A stretch of DNA of 64,000 nucleotides from Octopus sinensis (lineage: Eukaryota), in NCBI RefSeq assembly GCF_006345805.1, contig NC_043005.1, positions 24,924,001-24,988,000 of the forward strand, read 5' to 3'. Positions 51,558 to 64,000 of the stretch are shown in pieces. Every line of letters starts with the position of its first letter. The first letter of the stretch is position 1. Below the pieces are notes generated by a model. That model was not told the origin of the DNA, did no database searches, and saw only the letters and a program-made list of their open reading frames with translations. A program made the position numbers and the translations under genes.

Positions 51558-51559
51558 TC

Positions 51560-52068
51560 ATGTACATTATTTTGTCTTGGTATAAAAGATGGGCTACAGC
51601 AAATATTCTGCTTAATACCACAGATTTGCTTGTCAGTTGTTTGACCTTAACCAGCTGACCATGTCCCTTAGTGGCTGACGATATGTGCATCTCTGATCAC
51701 GAGCAGAAGTAGTGGGGGAGCATCATAGCCGTGTGTTGAGAGGAATTCTTGGAGGCTTGGATAATTCACCTTTGGAAACATGGGTGATTCGTTCAACATC
51801 CTTAAACAATCCTTATTCAGGGACCTTTTGAGCGGGATGGGCTACTCGACCAGAAGAAAATTCTAACTGGGCCCCACCTGTAAGGTCATGCGCTGTTTAT
51901 TTTGATATGAGATCACCATGTCGCGCACATATGGTTGTGATGCATGTGCCTGGTGTACCCTTATCAGACGGGTAGTCATGATGGGTATATTGGGCTTCGT
52001 ATATTTTACCCCAGTGTCACTTTGATGACATGCACTGCTCTCTCACTCAATAAAAAAAAAAAAAAAAA

Positions 52069-52120
<52 letters not shown>
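51560..52120 (+). mobile_element. Repeat family C (probable LINE 3' end) with poly(A)/(AAT)n tail
   Basis: Matches 22860-23455 in the opposite orientation. Confidence 0.7.
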
Positions 52121-52121
<1 letters not shown>

Positions 52122-52171
52122 TGATGATGATGATGATGATAACAACAACAAAAATAATATTAATGGATTCA

Positions 52172-52375
52172 AAGGCGGCGAGCTGTCAGGGCGAAATGCT
52201 TAGCGGTATTTCGTCTGTCGTTACGTTCTGAGTTCAAATTCTACCGATGTCGACTTTGCCTTTCATCGTTTCGGGATCGATAAGTTAAGTACCTGTTACA
52301 TACTGGGGTCGATCTAATCGACTGGCCCCCTCCCCAAAATTTCTGGCCTTGTGCCAAGAGTAGAAAAGAATATTA
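52172..52375 (+). mobile_element. SINE family B
   Basis: ggcggcgagctg head. Confidence 0.85.
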
Positions 52376-52424
52376 ACGGTTTCAAATTTTCCTACAAGGG
52401 CAAGGATTTTGGGTTAGGGGATGA

Positions 52425-53265
52425 GTGGATTACAGCGATTCCAGTGTTTCACTGGTATTTAATTTATCGACCCCGAAAGGACGAAAGGCAAAATAGACCT
52501 CGGCGGAATTTGAACTCAGAACGTAGCACGAGCGAAATACCGCTAAGCATTTCGCCCGACGTGCTAACGTTTCTTATTTCTTTACTGCCCACAAGGGGCT
52601 ACACACAGAGGAGAAAAATAAGGACAGACAAACGGATTAAGTCGATTATATCGACGCTAGTGCTTAACTGGTACTTATTTAATCGATACTGAAAGGATGA
52701 AAGGCAGATTCGACCTTGGCGGAATTTGAAGTCAGAACGTAGCGACGAGCGAAATACCTATTTCTTTACTACCCACAAGGGGCTAAACAAAGAGGGGATG
52801 AACAAGGACAGACAAACGGATTAAGTCGATTATATCGACCCCAGTGCGTAACTGGTACTTTTAATAATCCTTTCTACTTTAGGCACAAGGCCTGAACTTT
52901 GGGGAGAGGATTAAGTCGATAACATCAACCCCAGTGCTCAACTGGTACTTATTTAATCGATCCGGAAAGGATGAAAGACGAAGTCAACATCGGCAGAACT
53001 TGAACTCAGAACGTAACGACAAGCGAAATACCTATTTCTTTACTACCCACAAGGGGATAAACACAGAGAGGACAAACAAGGACATACAAACGGATTAAAT
53101 CGAATATATAGACCCCAGTGCGTAAATGGTACTTATTTAATCGACCCGGAAAGGATGAAAGACGAAGTCGACCTCGGCGGAATTTGAACCCAGAATGTAA
53201 CGGCACACAAAATACGGCTACGCATTACGCCCGGAGTGCTAACGTTTCTGCCAGCTTGCCGCCTT
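52425..53265 (-). mobile_element. SINE family B concatemer (about five bodies)
   Basis: Head at ~53222-53262; body junctions aagaaata-ggtatttcg at ~53035 and ~52757; a further partial head at ~52572. Confidence 0.8.
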
Positions 53266-53789
53266 AATGTTAATAACAATTCCAAATTTTTGCGCAAGAC
53301 CAGAAATTTCAGGGGTGAGGATAAGTCGATTACATCGACCCCAGTGAGTAACTGGTACCTCGAAAAAAAAAAAAAGAAAGACAAAATCGACACCGTGGAT
53401 ATTGAACTCAGAACGTAAGGGCAGACAAAATGCCAAGTATTTTTGTCCGGTGTTCTAACGATTCTGCCAGCTCACTACGATATTCCCGGGAAATGTTGAA
53501 TTTCTGTAATCACTTCTCAGAGAATGGAGAGAGAGTGGTGAAAGAGGGGCAGAGGTGTAGTGGGAGTAAATTTACAGACTCGGTAAAAGTAAGGAGGGGA
53601 GACGGAGAAGGAGGAGGAGGAGAAAGAAATCAAAGAGATGTATAGAATTGGTGGAGGGGTGTGTGGAAGAAGCGGAGTGGTTTAGGGAATTGATGGAGCG
53701 GGTGGAGAGAAATGAAGTAATGGTTACAGAATTGGTGAAAGATATCATGAAAAGAAAAATATTGAAAATCATTCGCTTTCTTTTCTTTC

Positions 53790-53803
53790 TTCCTTTCTTT
53801 TCT

Positions 53804-53862
<59 letters not shown>

Positions 53863-53880
53863 GACTATCTATCTATCTGA

Positions 53881-53941
<61 letters not shown>

Positions 53942-55452
53942 CTTCTTTTTCAATTTCTCTTTCCTTTGGTTCCTTTACCTTTTCTTTATTTTTCTTTTTA
54001 TTTTATTCAAGTTTTTTTTTGTTTTTGTTTTTGTTCTTTTCTTCCCTTTTACGATCGAAAACCTACGCCACCCCCCTTTTTTTCTTTTGTTTTTTGTTCT
54101 CTTCATCCTCCAAAAGAAAAGCTCTACCTTGTAACTTGTCCCATCTGTGTGCAGCCCTGTGTGGCCAATAAAGAAACTTATCTATCTATCTATCTATCTA
54201 TCTGACTATCTATCTGTCTCTCTTTTCTTTCTTTCTGTCTGTTTGTCTTTCTTTCTATGTCTCTCTTTCTTTTCTTTCTTATATCTGTCTTTCTTTCTTT
54301 CTTTCTTTCTTTCTTCCTTTTCTTTCTTCCCTTCTTTCATCTCCCTTCTTTCTTCCTCTCTCAATTCCTTTCTCGCCATGTTTGTTTCTTTCTTTCCTCT
54401 TCCTTCCTTCTCTCCTTCCTTCCTTCTCTCCTTCCTTCCTCGTTTCCTTTTTTTTCTTTTATTCATTAATTCTTTCATCCTGTCTTTCTACACCCCCTTC
54501 TTTCCTTCTTAATTTCTTTCTTTCTATTTTCTTTCTCTTCTTCATTTTCAGTCTTTCACTTCTTTACAATCTCTTTCGTTTATTTATTTATCTATTCATG
54601 TATATATTCATTTCCTCGTTTCTCATTCTTTCTTTCATCATTTATTTTTTCTTTCTTTCTTTCATTCTTTCTCTCTCTCTCTTTACTTCTCTCTTTCTTT
54701 CTCTCTCTCTCTTTACTTCTCTCTTTCTTTCTCTCTCTCTCTTTACTTCTCTCTTTCTTTCTCTCTTTCATTCATTCACCTTTGTTCTTCCTTTTTCCTT
54801 TCTTTCTTTCATTCTTTCTTTCTCTTTCTGTCGTTAGCTCTATTTTTCTTTCTTTCATTCATTCATTCTTTCTTCCAGTTATTCTTTCTTCCTCTCTCTC
54901 TTTACATCTCTTTTTCTTTCTCTCTTTCATTCATTCATCTTTGTTCTTCCTTTCTTTCTTCCTTTCTTTCTCTCGCTCTTTTTCTTTCTTCCTTCCTTTC
55001 TTTCTTTCCAATGTCTTTCCTTCTTTCAGCTGATTCAATATTGTCATTCGTCTTGCCACCATACCATGTTAGCAGTTCATTTGGCATTAAATATTGGCCT
55101 ACATCTCCATCGCTGTCACCACCACCACCACCACCACCACCAAAACCACCACCACCACCACCATGCAAACATCATTACTACCAACAAGAACGTCAGCACC
55201 AGCACCTACCCCACAACCAGTAAAACAGTGCCATTACCGCCACCGCAGCAGTACTACCACCACAGCATCGCATCCACAAGTACCGCTACATTACAAACGG
55301 CCAAGCAGAACAAAATTAAAAGCAACACCGGTACCGTCAGCACAACCACATCACCTTGAAACCACCACCACCACCACCACACCCAACCACACCACCACAC
55401 CACCACACCACCACCATCCACCACCACACCAACCACCACCACCACCACAACC

Positions 55453-55484
<32 letters not shown>

Positions 55485-55648
55485 CACCAACAACAACAAC
55501 AACAACAACAGCAGCAGCAACAACAACAACAGCAGCCATGTCCATAAGTTTACACATCATCTGACAGCATCGGATAGGAGAGGAACTTTTTCCCTTACAC
55601 ATAGATACACAGATACATAGATAGATAGATTGATAGATAGATAAATAC

Positions 55649-55731
<83 letters not shown>

Positions 55732-56092
55732 GTATATATATATATATGTATGTATGTATGTACGTATACGTATGTATATAAGCATATATTCATATGTATA
55801 TATGCATATATGAATATGTATACAATTATGTGTATACATATATATGTATGTGTATGTTGTATGTATGTATGTATGTATGTATGTGTATATATATATATAT
55901 AATATATATATATATATCTGCACGTGCGCACATAGACACACACATACATATTCACATAGATGAGTCTGCTTCTGTGTGCTTGAGTGCGTGAGAACGTGTG
56001 TTTTAAGGATGCGCAAATATATATACATATATACAAACATATATATATATATATATATATACATAATAAAGAAAAAAAAATATATACATATA

Positions 56093-56133
<41 letters not shown>

Positions 56134-56531
56134 AGAAGAGAGAGACATATATCTGTACCCATATATGCATGTATATATACATATAGATGTAGGTACGTAC
56201 ATATATGTATATTGTTTTATGCATATGTTTTATTATTAATTTGTTATATTATTATATATATATATATATATATATGTATACACAACAAAATGTGTGAGTG
56301 TGCACATGTGCTCGCGCGCAAGCGTGTGCGCGTGTGCATGCACGTTCGTATATGTGTGGCTTTGAAGCTTATATCCAACCAATATTCATGTGATACCGCA
56401 TAGTAACAAGCAATGTTTATACTTAAGTAAAATGGATTCGAAAAAAAAAAGAACCCCCACCCAAATAAAACAACCCCTACACGCCTCAAAAAAAAAAAAG
56501 AAAAACACGAGAGAAAAACACACACTCTACT

Positions 56532-56605
<74 letters not shown>

Positions 56606-56610
56606 GTTTG
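53790..56610. repeat. Cluster of simple repeats: (TCTA)n, CT-rich, (ACC)n/(AAC)n, (TA)n
   Basis: Direct inspection. Confidence 0.9.
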
Positions 56611-57247
56611 TCTGTCTACATATAATGTTCAATCATGTGTGTTCCTGTGAGCGCATGCTTGTGTGTTCACTTGAATGCTTATATCTCCCTATGTATGTTA
56701 GTATATTTTACTACACAGTAGCAAACAAAACCTTGGATAAAATCGATAAAAGTAACTAACCCTACCATTTTCATAAGTCGAATTTCTGATTTCTTTTCCC
56801 AAAACAAAAATTACATCTCCATCCCCAACACAGTAAAAGCAACAAAAAAAAACACAATAAAAACCGTACATACTACAAAAAAAACACAAAAAAAACAAGA
56901 GTAAAAAAAAAAAACTTCCTGACAAAACACCACAAAATATATAGGAGAATCACTCATACATTTTTCTTCTAATTTAAAACTAGCAAAAACATTAAAATGC
57001 CGCGTACGTTGATAGCGACAGATATTCCTATATACAATATATCACTTCCAGATTCAACTCAATATATTCCGCTAAGATTTCTCGAACCAACACTTTCTCT
57101 TTAATCACATGTACATACATGCATGCATACATACATACATGCATTCATATATGTATATGCATGTCTATATGTATATATATATATATAACATATATATATA
57201 CGTACATATATATATATATATACGTACATATATATATATAATATATA

Positions 57248-57288
<41 letters not shown>

Positions 57289-57407
57289 TATATGGGTATA
57301 TATATATATATTATATATATTACTATATGACGTATATATATATATATATGTATATATATATAATATATGTACGTATATATATATATGTGTATATATATAT
57401 ATGTACG

Positions 57408-57438
<31 letters not shown>

Positions 57439-57735
57439 GTACGTATATATATATATGTATATATATATATGTACGTATATATAATATGTATATATATCTA
57501 TATATATATATACTATATATATATATATCTACATATATATCTATATATATATAAACACGGACGAATATATATTATGTATATGTTTATGTACATGTATATA
57601 TATATCTATCTATCTATATCTATCTATATATATATGTATATATATATATGTATAGGTAATACATACACAAACACGCACGAATATATATATATATATTAAG
57701 CTTATATACTTGTGTATATATGCATGTAATCCTTG

Positions 57736-57785
<50 letters not shown>

Positions 57786-58029
57786 CAAGCACACACGCAC
57801 ATCTTTGCTGTCCTTTAGTAATTTTTAAAACTTAATATGAATTTGTGTGTTTGCTTATTTTCTTTTGTGTCCATTTAAAAGTGTCTATTACCATTTTATT
57901 ATATTCACTGATATCGTTTACATTATGCGCACACACAACACACACACACACACACACACGAGCGCGCGCCGCGGGCGCAAACGCATACATATACGTTTAA
58001 ATATATATGTACGTACTTATTTAAACGTA

Positions 58030-58210
58030 TGTGGAGGCGCGTGGCTCAGTGATCAGAAGTGTTGGTCTCGTGACCCAAAGGTTGTGGTTTCGATTCCTCA
58101 ATCAGGTGATGCATCGTGCTCTTGAGCAAAACATTTCTTTTCACGTTTTTCCTGTTCATTTATCTAGTGAAAATGACCAATCCTCTTATGGTCCGGCGTC
58201 CCTACCAGCT
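58030..58210 (+). mobile_element. tRNA-derived SINE, degenerate
   Basis: gtggaggcgcgtggctcagtg...tttcgattcc head; ggtccggcgtccc resembles the V-like box at ~26590. Confidence 0.55.
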
Positions 58211-58635
58211 GTGTAATATATGCATATATATTACCGAACTTGTACTTTAGAAAATTCTTGCTGGCTTTTGGAATCTGCGAAGCTATAGCCACAGCCGAAG
58301 GGAGACAATCGTTTATCTTCGTGGTGCTTTGGTGACCGCAAGATGGTGGCACGGCAAAAGATCGATGTCAAATGGCAAAGAGAGATAATAACCTAGGGTT
58401 TTACCTTTAAAACAAGGCTTTTCCCCCTCCATATTTTGAAGAGGCCTCAGGTCAGCAAGGTTTGGGGTCTGAAGATAGCCGTAAGGCTAAACCCCTTATG
58501 AGCAAGAAACTCAGGCTAACCTCATAAGCCGACCTACCCCACAATAATGTTAACCACTCTACATCTTAGAGTGTGCTTCTCCTCGGGATCTTTGTATTTC
58601 TACAAACGCTATATATATATATATGTATATACATA

Positions 58636-59518
58636 AGTGGTTTGATAATAAGTATCTGGACTGTTGCCATAGCGACGAAGCTAAAGCACGCAGAGTGAAA
58701 CTGTTCGGCACAGATTGATCTTCAACTCAGCTGTGCGTGCGCATAAATTTTAACTTTCTAGCTCACTTTCGCTGTTTACAGCAGTGCCTGGAAGGAAGAT
58801 GTGTAGCGTGTGATCATTGCATTGACCATGACAGAGAAAGTTGAGCAGAGAATGTGAATTAAATTTTGCCAAAAGCTTGGCAATACTTGCTCAGAGCTCT
58901 ACGCAAAGTTTTCAAAACGTTTTCTTCGTTCGCGATATAATCAAGGAAATTTATGCAACTGAAACCCGAGAGTCATTTTAGTCAGCTGAAGGCAGTTTTA
59001 GCAAAAACTTGGCAGACACGTGTCTCATATCCACATCTTCAGTGATAATTGACTGAACTGAACCGCAACTAATCTGCACATCCTCTAATAACTTACGGAT
59101 GGTGATTCGACGATTTCTCCTCACAGCTGCACGCACATCTGCGATGTTTTTCTCAGTTTTGTTGGTTGCGGGCCTCCCAGCACATTCGTCAATATCGACA
59201 TTTTTTCGGCCATCTTGAAAACGTCTGAACCACTCGTACAGTTGTGTGCGTCTCATATACTCCTCTCCATACACTTTCTCCAACTTTGTGTAAGATTCTG
59301 AGAAGGTATCGCCACGATAACTTTCCATGTTATTGTCAATACAACGATCACACGCTACACACCTTCCTTCCAAGCAATGCTGTAAACAGCGGAAGTGAGC
59401 TAGATTTAGTGCGCGTGCACAGCATAGTTCAAGATCAATTGTAGCCAAGCGACTTCACTCTGCATGACATAGCGTCGTTAATACGCTAACGGTCTAGATA
59501 CTTATTGATCAGACCTCG
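58636..59518 (-). mobile_element. Non-autonomous mariner with two 5' ends (long inverted arms)
   Basis: TA flanks; arms 58636-~58910 and ~59280-59518 are inverted copies. Minus ORF 58978-59448 encodes the mariner HTH region (YEWFRRFQDGR..GRP..RRNRRITIR). Confidence 0.85.
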
Positions 59519-61478
59519 TATATGTATGCCACATAATCCAGGAAACCAACCTCCCAGACCATAAACTCGAGAAGGTTCTTTGACTGATTACATGGTATCT
59601 TTAAAAACGCGTCTAGGCAGTGATACCCCTTTTGTATATAGTCATCATTTCTTGTGTTTGCTTGCGTTTCGTTGCTCATCAATATGTTTTTATTCAAGTT
59701 TATGTTTCTGTTAGCTTTTGTCTTATCTTAGTACTCCGCTTTTGGTATTATGCTTACTTTTACTCAAGCCCTTCTCTATAGAAATAAGTCAACTTTTTGC
59801 TACTATTCTCTCAAATTGGATCCTTGTTTTTTTTTCAGCTTCTCTTCCGCCCCTTTATGCGTTCCATTCCAAATTGCACTTCAAGCACACGTTTCCCAGA
59901 GGAAAGGCCTTCACCTCCACAGTCTTGTTGGTTGTGAATTGTCACCGATGCTTCCTTATGTAAGTTCACTTTTTACTAGATATTGTCCCTTACACAAATC
60001 CTAATCTTACCTCTGGGAAAGGGTGGCCCATATTAGCGTAGCCTCTATCATTTATAGACACACCCTGCACAAGGGTGGAGACCCTACAAATATCTTGCAA
60101 TCTGCTAGCATGGCTCTCATGTTAATTGAAGTACACAATCCCCTACATTGCAACGAGGCTAGACCTGTGAAGGAATGTTATACGTGTTATGCCATATTTG
60201 GTTATAATGTTAGATCTTCTTCTATAATTTTATTCTTCGTTGTTTCTATTTGTTTTTGGCTATTTTCGTTTTTGCTTATATTCTGATAGATTATTGTTAT
60301 GGTCCTTAGGTTTTGGATTTATTCATTTTTATTCTCTGCAACAGAATTTATTCCCTTTCAGTTATGAAATATAACTGAAATATATATTAAGCACAGGAAA
60401 AAAAGATCCACATACGTTTTATAAATAGATAAATATTTAATTTATTATTCGTTATGAAGCTAACTATATGTTACTGAGAATGAATTCTTTGTGAACGATT
60501 TAAGAAAACATACAATTAATACATACAAGTAATTTTTAAAACTTACATAAAATACACGTATACACACACACAAACGTACGCACACATATATATTCATACA
60601 TAAATAATTACATGCATATATCTGTTTCTTTATATGCATATGCGTTTAGGTGCCCGTGCATCTGTCTGTCTGTCTGTCTCTGTATATATATATATATACG
60701 TGTGTGTGTATGTGTGTGTGTGTGTGTATACAACGTACCCACTATACATAAATAAATAGGTATGAATGTATATATATATATATATGCATATGCATTTATA
60801 CACACATACATATATATATATATATATTTATACACATATACATATACAAATACATAATCAGTCAGTTCTCCACAAGGTGGAAAAAATGCTCATTCTAAAA
60901 GAAGTTTCGAGGAGTTTTATTTGATGCAGACGAAATAGTTACGGCATATAATCAGTCAGAAAGTTATCATTGGTTTCACATCTACTGTAGCACTTGGCTG
61001 CGTAGGCGAGTCATCAAACTTGCTAAGTGGAAGCACATCGCTTCTTTTCTATTGGAGGAATAAATACAACATTGGTCAGTTTGGTAAAAAAAAACCAGGA
61101 ACTAAAAATCCCATTCAGCGATTTCAGCTGTGTCTAAAATGGGCAAGTCTGTGAACGTTTTTTTCCGTTCACTATCCCTCATGCAGGGAAGACCACGTTT
61201 CCCTAGAAAAATTTTTCTGTCATAAGGGCATCAGTCGAACATTTCACTTTTTGAATTCAAGAAGGCACCCAGATCGTGTGTAGTTCTTAGGATCATTGTA
61301 CACTCGGCCAAGCAAATTTTACATCATCGGCTTTCTTTGAAGTATGACCCAGGTTCCAGCAGCTTTCAGTTAACTTGATATATATATATATACCGGAGTA
61401 AACACATAAATGTGAAGCAAGGTGGAAAAAAGAGTACTCAAATACCAGTGGTAGAGTAATATGCTTTAAATAAAGTAT

Positions 61479-61529
<51 letters not shown>

Positions 61530-62365
61530 TATTAGTTACAGGATTCATTAGAATTTTGGCACAGCAATACGTAGGACATATAAATGTGAACACACACATG
61601 CGTGTATTTTAGGTACCGTGATAAGAGAACTCAACAACCCTTTCAGTTTTAATATAGAATCTTAAAGATGAAGGGACCAATTTCGACATTAATGGAAAAC
61701 CCACTCTAAATCCAGATCCTATATTAACAGATATAAAACCTGTTCAGTGTGTTGTCTTGAAAAACTGTATCTATTAAAAAACTTGAGCACCTCCGATGAA
61801 TACATGAATTCGAAGAACGAGATTTTTTGTATGTCCGCACTTCAAGAAATACATTGTCAGAATTTTAAAGTTAACAACCGGACACTTAAACTATTGACGT
61901 CCGGCTTATGTCTATTCGACATCGAATTATTGTAACATTGATTATCTCCCTTCTGTTTTTCTTTCTGTCTTTTCTACAAGCGTCTTTTGTTTAAATGTTA
62001 TCTGCGCAAAGAATAACTGACAAACAGTCTTGTTTTCAGCTTAATATATGTATACATATATACATATGATTCAGTGCACATTGTCCTTTTGTTCCCAGGA
62101 GGAGAGAAAATTTGGGTGTAAATAAAACGATAACCAAATAGAATATTATACATACAACCTGTTGCTGCGAATCAATGATTTTGAAATGCTTCGGTTTACT
62201 GTGAGGTTATTCTAAGAGTACATCGTCTGAAACCGGATTATAATTTATTATTTCGACCACAAAACCCCGAGTAGCTGTAATTACAAGATTTGTGATTTTT
62301 ATTTTATTATCATATTTATTCTCTCAGCTGATCGAGTGATTTTCTAGTTATTGAAATATTACCAC

Positions 62366-62402
<37 letters not shown>

Positions 62403-62565
62403 TAGAAAAAACACCTTTTATCAATTCAGCAATGAAAAAATTAAATTACACCATATACAAAAAAAAATTACATCTTATAGAAAAAAATTAAATATAAGAT
62501 AAAAACATATACCAATGAATAAGTAATGTGCAAAATAATAAATTAAACGTAGATAGTTTGTAAAA

Positions 62566-62648
62566 TGACTACACGTGTTTCGTGGCTATATTTAAGAAAT
62601 GATAGCAGTAAAATCAATTCAATTTAAATATAGCCACTCTTCAGGTCA
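62566..62648 (-). ncRNA. Intact minimal type I hammerhead ribozyme
   Basis: Minus strand UGAC-CUGAAGA-GUGGCUAUAUUUAA-(28 nt)-UUAAAUAUAGCCAC-GAAA-CACGUG-UA-GUCA: every core nucleotide present, 14-bp perfect stem II, palindromic stem III, GUA site. Confidence 0.9.
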
Positions 62649-62890
62649 AAGATAAAAACAATAAAATAATTAGATAAATATTTGAACTTTAAATTTATAG
62701 TAAATAGTCATTTAAAATTAAATGCAAGCATCAATTTATTTACCTATATGATACGTTTAGCTAATTGGTTTTGAATGACCATAGAGAGTGCGAGCCCTCT
62801 AACTGAAAAATTGTGGGTTTGTGTAAAGGATACACAGACAGACATTTTGCCGTTTATATATATAGAGGTTATCATCATCATCATCATCAA

Positions 62891-62944
<54 letters not shown>

Positions 62945-62959
62945 CATTATATATAAACA

Positions 62960-63326
62960 CACAGGGTGCGTAAGGTATTTGAGGACATATCTTTTTTTGA
63001 CCATTGCTGCATATTTTGCTAACTCTGTATAATCTTTGTTTCAGAAAATAATAAAGGCAGGCATTTAACCTACTCAAGAAATGAAGAGGCATGCTATTAT
63101 TGTGGTTATAAAGGTTGAGCATAGCGATTGAGAAATATCTCGATTTTTAAGTTGTCAGATCTTTTGTCTATAAAGGAGTTAGAGACTGAAGATGGAAACG
63201 TATCACCAGTATCAAACCATAAAAAGCATTCTAAACGCTCTGAAATCATCAGAACACCTAAATTTATCCAGCAAGTTCAACAGATCGTTGATTACAATCC
63301 CAGAAATTCCATGAGGTCAAATGCAA

Positions 63327-63330
<4 letters not shown>
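62960..63330 (+). mobile_element. Tc1/mariner-like 5' fragment
   Basis: KKHSKRSEIIRTPKFIQQVQQIVDYNPRNSMRS resembles Tc1/mariner N-terminal DNA-binding regions; truncated by (TA)n. Confidence 0.55.
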
Positions 63331-63385
<55 letters not shown>

Positions 63386-63389
63386 GTGA

Positions 63390-63542
63390 CAATGGTTGTG
63401 CGGTCAAGAAGTTCACTTCGCAACCACATGGCTTGGATTTAGCTACTCTGCGCAGCACTTTGAGCAAGTGACTTCTGCTATAGGCCCGGGCCAAGCAATA
63501 ATTTCTGAATGAACCTGACAAATGGAAATTATGTGGAAGCCC

Positions 63543-63589
<47 letters not shown>

Positions 63590-63850
63590 GTGGGTGTGTG
63601 TGTGTGTGTGTGTGTGTTGTGTGTGTGTGCGTGTGTGTGTGTGTGTGCGTGTGTGTGTGTGTGTTTGTTTCCCCACCTCTTGACAACCGGTGTTGGATTA
63701 TTTACGTTATCACAAACTGGCGGTTCGGCAAACGATGTGGATATAATAGATAGAATAAATACCTAAAATAAAAAAAACAATACAAACTGAAGCCCAACCC
63801 CTCAAAGCGGTGCTCCAGCATGACTGCAATCTGGTAACTGAGACTACGAA
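63390..63850 (+). mobile_element. SINE family A, degenerate
   Basis: ttgagcaagtgacttct box; gacaaccgg and gcggtgctccagcatg segments. Confidence 0.7.
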
Positions 63851-64000
63851 ATAAATAAGAATATGTAATTATGAAAAAAAAAATCTTTTCTCATAATTAA
63901 AGATTAAACGAATTTGTAAGAATTCAAAAATATATTTAAGATTCGTTTATTTTATTCATGTATGAGAAATATTGCTTGCTATAAACACTGAAATATCACA

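Noticed and set aside
58464-58495. CTGAAGA-T-AGCC-GTAA-GGCT-AAAC hammerhead-like motif
   Set aside because: G12 is missing, there is no stem I and no UH site; it folds only as a two-helix hairpin.
60900-61370. Complex-looking stretch that might be a coding remnant
   Set aside because: Stops in the plus-strand frames I read and no motif I can recognise.
63186-63199. CTGAAGATGGAAAC
   Set aside because: No room for stem II; it lies in a transposase-like reading frame.

Overview
AT-rich, microsatellite-dense eukaryotic DNA. The repeat content (tRNA-derived SINEs, RTE LINEs, mariners, Penelope-like elements) looks like a cephalopod genome, probably Octopus; this is inference. Nothing prokaryotic is present. 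One host gene is supported: the last three coding exons (+ strand; 3138-3291, 18658-18758, 22159-22275) of an EF-hand protein of the sarcoplasmic calcium-binding protein/calexcitin type. The rest is mostly repeats: a 5'-truncated RTE LINE whose 3' end has expanded into a nested higher-order tandem array, a Penelope-like GIY-YIG ORF, an L1/Tx1-like fragment, several mariner/Tc1 derivatives, MITEs, Helentron-like elements, many SINEs, a tRNA-Ser pseudogene and a 39-unit palindromic minisatellite. The most interesting signals are non-coding. There is an apparently intact minimal type I hammerhead ribozyme at 62566-62648 (-). There is also a 283-bp tandem unit at 26056-26505 (+) bounded by hammerhead sites, whose monomer folds into a long hairpin, as expected of a retrozyme-like, circRNA-producing element. 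Two decayed hammerhead-like motifs were also seen. Almost all ORFs in the supplied track are microsatellite or minisatellite artefacts. All alignments, folds and family assignments were done by eye; no searches were run.
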